This document shows positions 56,226-64,000 of a stretch of DNA of 64,000 nucleotides, one piece after another. This stretch comes from an uncultured Nitrososphaerales archaeon (GTDB taxonomy: Archaea; Thermoproteota; Nitrososphaeria; Nitrososphaerales; Nitrososphaeraceae): NCBI GenBank assembly GCA_963709405.1, contig CAVPXM010000021.1, positions 160,001 through 224,000 of the forward strand. Direction: 5' to 3'. The number at the start of each line of letters is the position of its first letter. Position 1 is the first letter of the stretch. The notes under the pieces are model-generated. The model did not search any database and had not been told where the DNA came from. It was given only the letters and a program-made list of their open reading frames with translations. The position numbers were made by a program, and so were the translations under genes.

Positions 56226-56714
56226 ATGACAGGAGAGCAAGCTCAAGAAAATGTGGTGGAGATAAGAAAGATACTGGTGCCGATAGATGGTTCTAAAGTA
56301 TCCACAAAAGCCTTAGAATATGCCATCCATATTGCAAAAAAGGAAAAGGCTAATTTGAGCTGTATCCATGTGATAGCTAGCCCACAATATCTTTCTTGGG
56401 AAAGTGGTGAAGGAAAATCTATACTTTATGCATTTTATGAAGAAGGAAAGAAACGCGCTGAAGAATGGTTTAGAAAAGCTACTGATTTGGCGACCAGAGA
56501 AGGAGTCAAACTTACTACTGGGTTTGTCTTGGACGTCAGATCTGTTGCAGATACTATTGTGAACTATGGCATTGACGAAAATGTTGATCTAATTGTTATA
56601 GGAATTACGGGAAGAACAGGATTGAAAAAATACTTAGCGGGCGGTATAGCAAGCGCTGTAATACTGCATGCACATTGTCCTGGTACTAGCTGTGAGGTAG
56701 TATTGACACTCTAA
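56226..56714 (+). CDS. Universal stress protein (UspA family); probable 3' frameshift (true end HCPVLAVR)
   Basis: KILVPIDGS, VDLIVIG..G.TG, HAHCP. Confidence 0.88.
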   Translation: MTGEQAQENVVEIRKILVPIDGSKVSTKALEYAIHIAKKEKANLSCIHVIASPQYLSWESGEGKSILYAFYEEGKKRAEEWFRKATDLATREGVKLTTGFVLDVRSVADTIVNYGIDENVDLIVIGITGRTGLKKYLAGGIASAVILHAHCPGTSCEVVLTL

Positions 56715-56742
56715 AAATCTCCTATATAGTTGTAAGAATAAA

Positions 56743-58482
56743 ATGGGTATCACACAACTTTCCCTCGTTACAATATTAATTGCAAAATCTGAGCTAGAGA
56801 AGCTTATAACAGAATTGTATGAATTTGAAGATTTCCATCCTTCAGATCAGGAAGGGTCTTATGAAGAACTCTCTCTTACTAGACTTAAATCAAAAACCCT
56901 AGAATTGAATTTGGACATAAATAGCGTGATCGGTAAGTTAGAAGACAGATATCATTTTAACAAAGATGCTGAAAATATAGAAAGATTTGTAATCAAATCA
57001 AACGATTGGAGTAGTCTACTCAGCAATATTGTAAATGAACTAAGAGTGATAAGAGGAAAGTTATCGTGTAAAATAAGATTAAGTCATAAGGATCTTACAT
57101 GTCTTATTATGTTCAGAGAAACCACCTTCCTTATGTTTGAGATACTAAGGAGAATTAAAATTAAGCATGAACTAAAATATTTTGTAACTATAGAAGGATA
57201 TATACCAACTAAATCTGAAAAAAAATTTTGCGATCAATTCTCCCAATGGTATCACACCATAAAACCCTTGAGAAGAGATAAGGATGTGTCACCGATTGTT
57301 CCAACAAGATTAACAAATCCTAGATTTATCAAACTGTTTGAAGATATTACTGTGGTACAGGGCATTCCAAAATATAGCGACATAGATCCAACTCCATTGA
57401 TAGCATTTGTATTCCCATTCTTTTATGGTATAATGTTTCCAGATTTAGGACAAGGATTGTTGTTTATACTTTTTGGAAAAGTATTATCAATGCAAAGGAT
57501 AAAGATAAAAATGCTGACAGGAAGGAAATACAAGTATTGGGGAAAAATGTTGATGACATTTGGAGTATCTGCATCGATAGTAGGGCTACTAAGCGGAGGA
57601 AATTTTTTTGGTTTGGAATTAGGTAATTATGGGATTCATTATATCATGCCATTCTCTAATATCAGGATTTTTGGAGGTAACGGCAGTACAACTATCAATA
57701 TTGAAACTGTGACTACTGTTATGATTATAGCTATACTAATCGGTACATTTCATCTTGCGTCAGCATATATCATTGCTATAATAAATAAAATAAGAGAAAA
57801 AAAATATGCTGAGGCATTCACGTACCATTTAGCTACTTTAGTAACTTATTCATTTGGAATCTTGTTAGGCTTATCTTTTATAGGGTCAGGTAATAATATC
57901 ACACAGCTATTCTCTAACTCCAGACAACTACCTGTGTTTTCGTCAAGTTTGGATGTCCATATACAATCATCAACCGCTGCCATAATCTCGGTACCAATAA
58001 TAATAATATCAATGCTCACGATAGTATTTGGTAGAGCTATATCATCATTAATACACAAGCAACGTGACTATATAACAAGGATTAATCAAGGTATAACTGA
58101 TGCAGCTTTTATACCAATAATATTTCTAACTAATACAATAAGCTATGCTAGATTGGGAATTTTTTTTATCATGCATTCTGCATTGATGGGCCTTGTTAAT
58201 AGTGCATGGCAGTATGGTATAGCAGGTCTACCCACTATTATTCTGGGGAATATTGCAGTAATGATATTAGAGGGATTTTTAGTTTACATCCAGGATCTTC
58301 GACTTCATCTATATGAGTGGGTCACCAAATTTTCTGATGACGGCGACGATAAAGTTATGTTTTTTAGAGGACTAAAATCAGATGCAGATGTTGTTGAGTT
58401 AAAATTTAGTCATAATGATGAGGAGAAACAATTAGCTACTCTTACTCAAAATATCTTGAATTATAGATACACCGTTCCATGA
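56743..58482 (+). CDS. atpI: Stand-alone A/V-type ATP synthase subunit I (subunit a) paralog
   Basis: PT.L.NP, G.P.Y..IDPTP, PFFYGIMF.DLGQG, NTISYARL, IQDLRLHLYEW. Confidence 0.85.
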   Translation: MGITQLSLVTILIAKSELEKLITELYEFEDFHPSDQEGSYEELSLTRLKSKTLELNLDINSVIGKLEDRYHFNKDAENIERFVIKSNDWSSLLSNIVNELRVIRGKLSCKIRLSHKDLTCLIMFRETTFLMFEILRRIKIKHELKYFVTIEGYIPTKSEKKFCDQFSQWYHTIKPLRRDKDVSPIVPTRLTNPRFIKLFEDITVVQGIPKYSDIDPTPLIAFVFPFFYGIMFPDLGQGLLFILFGKVLSMQRIKIKMLTGRKYKYWGKMLMTFGVSASIVGLLSGGNFFGLELGNYGIHYIMPFSNIRIFGGNGSTTINIETVTTVMIIAILIGTFHLASAYIIAIINKIREKKYAEAFTYHLATLVTYSFGILLGLSFIGSGNNITQLFSNSRQLPVFSSSLDVHIQSSTAAIISVPIIIISMLTIVFGRAISSLIHKQRDYITRINQGITDAAFIPIIFLTNTISYARLGIFFIMHSALMGLVNSAWQYGIAGLPTIILGNIAVMILEGFLVYIQDLRLHLYEWVTKFSDDGDDKVMFFRGLKSDADVVELKFSHNDEEKQLATLTQNILNYRYTVP

Positions 58483-58585
58483 TAATATTATTCACAAATT
58501 ACACTGTTTTAAAAAATCTATTTGAGCTGTAAATTTTAGATTTCAAAAATATGTTTGTTGATCAGTTCATGTTATTATTATCATT

Positions 58586-58635
58586 AGGTAGATAGGTAGA
58601 TATGTAGATATGTAGATAGATAGATAGATAGATAG
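58586..58635. repeat. Imperfect (TAGA)n microsatellite
   Basis: taggtagataggtagatatgtagatatgtagatagatagatagatagatag. Confidence 0.75.
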
Positions 58636-58884
58636 TAGTGATTTCTAGGTGTAGATTCAATAAATACATACGATTTACACTACTTTCTACAACTAGTTCA
58701 TGATCTATTCTACATTCTTTCCAAAGTTACTAATAAATTCGATTTTGATGCTGCTCCAGCAGATTGGTTGTTAAAATCAAAAATATTGTTAATCAAAAAA
58801 AGAGAGAACAAATATACAGCGCATTGCAGTAAAAGCATCTTGTATAAATAATAAATATCTGGGTCTTCTCTAACTATAATCTAG

Positions 58885-60115
58885 ATGGAAATTAACTCTG
58901 GAGACACTTCTTGGATACTTGTTTCAACCGGTCTGGTTATGATAATGATTCCAGCTCTAGGCTTCTTTGAGGCTGGTTTAATAAGAAGCAAAAATTCTCT
59001 CTCTGTAATAATGCAGTCTTTTTTTGGACTCGCTATTTTATCAATTTTGTGGATAGTTATAGGCTTTACACTAGTATTCTCTTTATCTTATAATGGAATT
59101 ATTGGCCGTTTTGATTGGATCCTCTTGAACAACGTTCCTATCAATACATCGTTAAACTACGCACCCAGTATTCCAGGTGTCAGTTTTGCATCGTTTGAAA
59201 TGATGTTTGCAGTGATTACACCTCTTCTCATTACAGGAGCATTTGCAGAAAGAATGAAGTTTAGCTCTTTTTGTGTATTTCTGATTTTGTGGAGTATATT
59301 GATTTATTATCCATTAGCACATTGGGTTTGGAACAAAGAAGGATGGCTTGCACAGCTTGGGGTATACGATTTTGCTGGTGGAATCGTAGTACATACCAGT
59401 GCTGGTATAGCATCACTTGCAGCAGCTTTAATTATTAATAAAAGAAAGCACTTTGGTCCTGATATATTTAGACCTCACAATATTCCACTTGCTGCAATTG
59501 GAGCTTCTCTACTGTGGATTGGTTGGTTTGGATTTAATGCGGGAAGTGCGTTATCAGCAGGATCTCTTTCTGCTAATACGCTATTGGTAACGCAGGCGGC
59601 AGCAGCTGCATCGTCCTTGTCATGGATTCTACTTTCATGGAAAAGGTCTGGAAAACCATCTGCGATAGCAGCCATTAATGGTGCAATTGCAGGCCTTGCA
59701 GGTGTGACGCCTGCGTCGGGCTATATCAGTGTCCAAAATTCTTTAATATTGGGAGTAGTAATTGGTGCTGCATCATTCTATGCCATAATGCTTCTAAAAG
59801 AACGTCTAAAAATAGATGATGCCCTTGATGTAAGCTCCGTGCATGGCGTTACAGGAATTATAGGAACCTTGGCAATAGGATTTATTGCAAGCTCTCTTAT
59901 CAACCCAGCTGGTCCAAATGGATTATTGTATGGAAATGTTACGCAGATAGGTATTCAGGCCGTAGGAGTTGCAGTTGCTGCTTGCCTTATCATTTGTAGG
60001 AACGACAGCGATTTTGAAGATAATTGACAAAACTATAGGGTTAAGAGTAAAGGAAATAGATGAAGATGTAGGATTGGATCTCAGTCAACATGCAGAAAAG
60101 GCGTATGTCGAATAG
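58885..60115 (+). CDS. amt: Ammonium transporter (Amt); apparent frameshift near 59983
   Basis: DFAGG.VVH, LLW.GWFGFNAGS, DDAL....VHG twin-His. The last TM and GLR...E..GLD.SQH tail lie in a shifted frame ending at TAG 60115. Confidence 0.93.
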
Positions 60116-60175
60116 ATTCTATACTTATGGTTTAAAGCATCATATTTATGAAGAAAGAACTAAAGATAGTATTTA

Positions 60176-60526
60176 ATGAAGATGGTTCAAGCAATCATAA
60201 GGACAGAGCGATTGCCTGTTATGAAGGAACATCTAAGATTAATTGGAGTCGGAGGCATGACAGTCTACACGGTATCAGGTTGGAGTAAGAGAAGAGAACT
60301 CCACCTGCAGTGGAGAGGCCAAGCTGTTTCATATGATCTTATTCCCAAGACAAAATTTGAGATCGTTATCCCAGATGAACAACTTGAGTCAGTGATACAA
60401 ACAATAACGCTTCACGCTAGGTCTGGCAGCACTGGCGATCAGGGTGACGGCATAATATTTGTTTCTACGATAGAACACGCGATCAACATAGCTACATTAG
60501 AAAAGGATGAAAAGGCTATCAAATGA
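60176..60526 (+). CDS. glnB: P-II family nitrogen regulatory protein (atypical)
   Basis: MK.V.AIIR, G.GGMT, PK.K.EI, GDG.IFV; directly downstream of amt. Confidence 0.85.
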   Translation: MKMVQAIIRTERLPVMKEHLRLIGVGGMTVYTVSGWSKRRELHLQWRGQAVSYDLIPKTKFEIVIPDEQLESVIQTITLHARSGSTGDQGDGIIFVSTIEHAINIATLEKDEKAIK

Positions 60527-60734
60527 CTCATTTGCTTCTGCAATCTTTCAGTCATTTTGAAAAAATGGACGATTGCAATTTCTTATAATTATTAGACCAA
60601 TGGAGTAGGCGACTCCAGTCATTCTCTTATGTTAAGGTGGCTTTACTGTTATAGTTTTATTGTTACAGTATTACTTCAGATTTAGTTGTATTTGGAGTAA
60701 TTCTAATTTCGGCTCTGAGTGATTCTGCTGAAAG

Positions 60735-61170
60735 GAATTATTACATCATTAGCTGTCTGGACGATTGTTCAAGAATAGTAGCTAGCAAGTGGTCTGAAAG
60801 AAAGAGGTCAGTTGATGTTCTGAATGTATTGGAGGATTGGATCATGACTAACGCCAAGCCTTAGACGGTGATGCATGATAATGAATAGCAGTTTACATCC
60901 AGATTATTCAGGCGTTTTCTTGATCACAATCATATAGATGATAAACTAATTCCAAATTACTATCTGCAGTTATAAGGAAAGGTAGAAGCATATAACAAGA
61001 TAGTGAAGAATGAGTTTCTAACAATAGAAGATATACCAAGCACAGATGACGGAAAACAAAGGTATGATAGCATGTTTGTAAAAGCGTACACTGAAACTAG
61101 AGAACATGGAGGAATAAATGGTCTTACTCCATCGGAGATGTTTGTACAAAGATTAGTTACATCCACTGCT
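60735..61170 (+). mobile_element. IS481/IS3-like transposase remnant, copy B (several in-frame stops)
   Basis: YIISCLDDCSR...HDNE*QFTS...GKVEAYNK...R.HGGI.GLTP. Confidence 0.78.
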
Positions 61171-61475
61171 TTGTTGCATAATTCAGAAAGATCGTCATCT
61201 TGCAATGCTTTTAGTACTTCTCAGGAATAGGTCAAATGCGGATTACTCCTTTTTAGCTGAATGTTTTAAAGTTAGTTGACTAATATCGGATTCGTGCAAC
61301 AAAGCATGGAACGATAATCAATTCAGGACACTCCTATCCATCCCATACATACAAGAACTAAGCAGCAAAGTGTAACCCAAGTGGGTAATCAGAAATGTAA
61401 TCTATCTGTGTAAGTACAACAATTAGCCTTGATATTTGTATTATTAACCGTTAGCTTCAATATGTTACCTTGATT

Positions 61476-62906
61476 CTAATTTTCTTGATCAGTGTTATAG
61501 GTTATCGCTACTGCTGATTTTGAAATAATCCATTCCGATACCTCTGGCCACAATTTCTTATGTGCTATACTGCTAACACATAACCCAATATGATCACCAG
61601 AATACACACGAGTTATCTTTTCCCTGCTTGACACACAATGGTTTACTGATAAGGTTGATTCTGGAGAGACAAGATCATCATGTTTAGCAACTATTGTTAA
61701 CAAAGGTATAGTTATTTTTCTAAGATCAACTACCTTTCCATCAATCCGCATTCTATTTGAAATGAGCAAGTTATTTTTGTAACAATCATTTATGATCTGT
61801 CGATAGAGATTTCCTGGAATAGGTGGTGTATCACTAAGCCATTTTTGCAGTGCAATAAAGGTATTAACGAACTGTTTATCATGTAACCTTTCAAAGAGCT
61901 TGATATATCTATCAAAAGCATAGCGTGGAGGATTGCGCATAATAAAAGCAAGATCAATAGGTAAACCATCTATATGATCAAATTCATCTATCATCTTATC
62001 AACATCTATTGCTTTTGCCCAGCTAGTAAGTATTGTATTATCTTTGCTGAAATCTATAGGAACACCCATAAGTGCTAAACTTTTCAGATTCTCATTGTTA
62101 AGTGCTGCATAAATAATTCCAATTATCCCTCCCCAGCAATAGCCTAGCATAGATATTTTATCAGTGCCAGTTTTATCCTTTATAATTTGAACTGCATCTT
62201 TTACGTAATTAACATAGTCGCTTAAAGATAGACAAGAGTCATTCCATTCAGGATATCCCCAGTCAAGCAAGTAAACATCTAATCCCCTTGATAACAAGGC
62301 TCTAACTACACTTCTATCTGGGCAAATGTCCATAATGTGAAACCGATTAATTGGAGCATAAAGTAATAGAACTGGTGACTGTGGTAGTGATGATGACATT
62401 GGCGATGCTTGATGACGTTTGGTAGTAATGTCTTTGCCGCTATCACTGTTGTAATAGTGCAATAATCTAGCCTTTCCTTTTGCAAACATTACATCAAAAG
62501 GAGTAAGACGATCAAAGTCATTCTTCTGAACTGAGGCAACTGCCAAAAGGTTCTTTACATAAGAATTAAACAGCCAACGAGAAAAGTAAACTGGATATCC
62601 TATCTGTCTTAATGTAGAGTGCAATTCAACAAGGGAATCCATATAACGAGATAGTAACGACGTAAAGCTATCAGATTTCAGTTCTTTATCTAGTTGTTTA
62701 TCTGAAAGTACCCGCCACCTATCATAAAATGTATTATTATTATTTCCTACTGCTTCTAATTCTAACTCTTCACCACAATTCATCATAGATGCTTGTTGAA
62801 ATGCTTTGGAGTAAATTGAATTATAGATAGAAAATAACTCAAATCCTGTTGTGTATATCTCAGTAAGCTTTGGTATTATTTTGAAGAACCTTGCATATGG
62901 ATCCAT
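61476..62906 (-). CDS. phaC: Class III polyhydroxyalkanoate synthase PhaC with a PhaE-like N-terminal extension
   Basis: TP.DV...GK.RL.HY, P.LL.YA.INR..I.D, DWG, lipase box GYCWGG, catalytic D (HDDLV) and H (GDHIG). Confidence 0.85.
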   Translation of the reverse strand: MDPYARFFKIIPKLTEIYTTGFELFSIYNSIYSKAFQQASMMNCGEELELEAVGNNNNTFYDRWRVLSDKQLDKELKSDSFTSLLSRYMDSLVELHSTLRQIGYPVYFSRWLFNSYVKNLLAVASVQKNDFDRLTPFDVMFAKGKARLLHYYNSDSGKDITTKRHQASPMSSSLPQSPVLLLYAPINRFHIMDICPDRSVVRALLSRGLDVYLLDWGYPEWNDSCLSLSDYVNYVKDAVQIIKDKTGTDKISMLGYCWGGIIGIIYAALNNENLKSLALMGVPIDFSKDNTILTSWAKAIDVDKMIDEFDHIDGLPIDLAFIMRNPPRYAFDRYIKLFERLHDKQFVNTFIALQKWLSDTPPIPGNLYRQIINDCYKNNLLISNRMRIDGKVVDLRKITIPLLTIVAKHDDLVSPESTLSVNHCVSSREKITRVYSGDHIGLCVSSIAHKKLWPEVSEWIISKSAVAITYNTDQEN

Positions 62907-64000
62907 CTGTGTTACTAATTTATCATTTCATAAAAAGTATTTAATGAAGAAGAAGATAGTGCAATGCAGTGCAACAACAACTTATCCAAATCAATCTTTC
63001 GCTGCTTTCAAAAAGTAGTTGTTAAACATGGGAGAAAACTGGCGAGGCTGCTAAAAATACATCGTATATAAAGATACGTAATCAGTTGCTATTGATCCTA
63101 CCGTGCCAGCTTCTGGGAAGACAACAATTATAGTTGGTTTATTTAATTTAATATGAGAATTACTTATTCGCTTATCATACCAAATTTCTCTTTCTGTTGG
63201 CCAATTAAGGGCCCATTTCCTAAATTCTCTCTTATGATTTATTTCATTTCAGCTCCCTCAGTTACTTTCTTTTAATAAAGCAATATTTCTATACAGGAGC
63301 CTTCAGATCCCTCATGGTCTTTAACATCCAAAGGAAAAATATTGCTAGCTAAATTTTAAACCAAGCCATTCCAGCGTAATACGAATATATTGAAAATTTT
63401 ACAATGATTAACCAACTATTCCGAGTAAAATGCAGATTTGGCATTTATTTGTCCAGTTTTAGCCAGATACATCTAATATTTTTATAATAATTATAATAGT
63501 GTGTTAGTAATACTCGTCATAACGACTTTTGTTGGGGAAGGAAATGGGGAGAGAAACTATTGACACACCAGTCATCTTGGTCTCTGAGTTGATTGAGACC
63601 GGCTATATAAGTCAGTAACTCGTAATTCAGAATATAACTATGCTGCTACAATTAGGGGCCGACCGAAGGTAGTTTAGATCCAATATTTTCGGATAATTTC
63701 TCAATCATAATTACATGGAAGATGCCGCGGTTTGGGGTACGATGCAGACGTTGGCAAAGATAGGAGCAGTTCACGAGTTGATAAAGAATTATTTTCTAGC
63801 AAAGAAATTATGCAAATCATGAGTGATAGAAAGATGGCGTTTAATGATATTTTCGTTAAACCATAAAACGAAATTATGGAAACATCTATGGAGTAATTGC
63901 ATTGCCATATGACATAGCTTTCTATAAAGCCCACTATGTATGCAGGAAGCAAGTGACAAAGTTTATCCGGTGTGAGCAATCTAAATTGTAACCTATCTAA

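Noticed and set aside
63000-64000. ORF 63701..63979, degraded coding-like fragments, and an end sequence loosely resembling 61365-61410
   Set aside because: No family could be assigned, and the similarity is too short and cut off by the window edge

Overview
This looks like a chromosomal segment of an ammonia-oxidising archaeon (Nitrososphaerota/Thaumarchaeota, most likely Nitrososphaeraceae). The assignment rests on archaeal information-processing genes (aIF-2beta, archaeal PheRS/TrpRS, DnaG, RibK/RibL, DHS), an ADP-forming 3-hydroxypropionyl-CoA synthetase of the 3HP/4HB cycle, a urease cluster with an embedded group II chaperonin, Amt/PII and PhaC. 1-33 kb is mostly core genes (dnaJ-dnaK-grpE, pheST, trpS, coaD, ferredoxin, erpA, gdhA, tatA, dnaG, ribK/ribL, a two-component pair, two DHS paralogs). 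It also holds a ycaO-tfuA thioamidation pair with a divergent, unannotated 58-aa NHLP/Os1348-like ORF, which is the best candidate for an undescribed system. 34-47 kb is a urea-utilisation island. 47.5-64 kb is accessory and decayed: a 143-bp direct-repeat-bounded segment with integrase and PriX-like remnants, IS5- and IS481-like remnants, an orphan A-ATPase subunit I, amt-PII, and a probable PhaE-PhaC fusion. Many genes, including essential ones, carry single-base frameshifts that are most simply sequencing/assembly indels. No rRNA, intact tRNA or CRISPR array was recognised. All family calls come from motif recognition by eye; no database searches were run.
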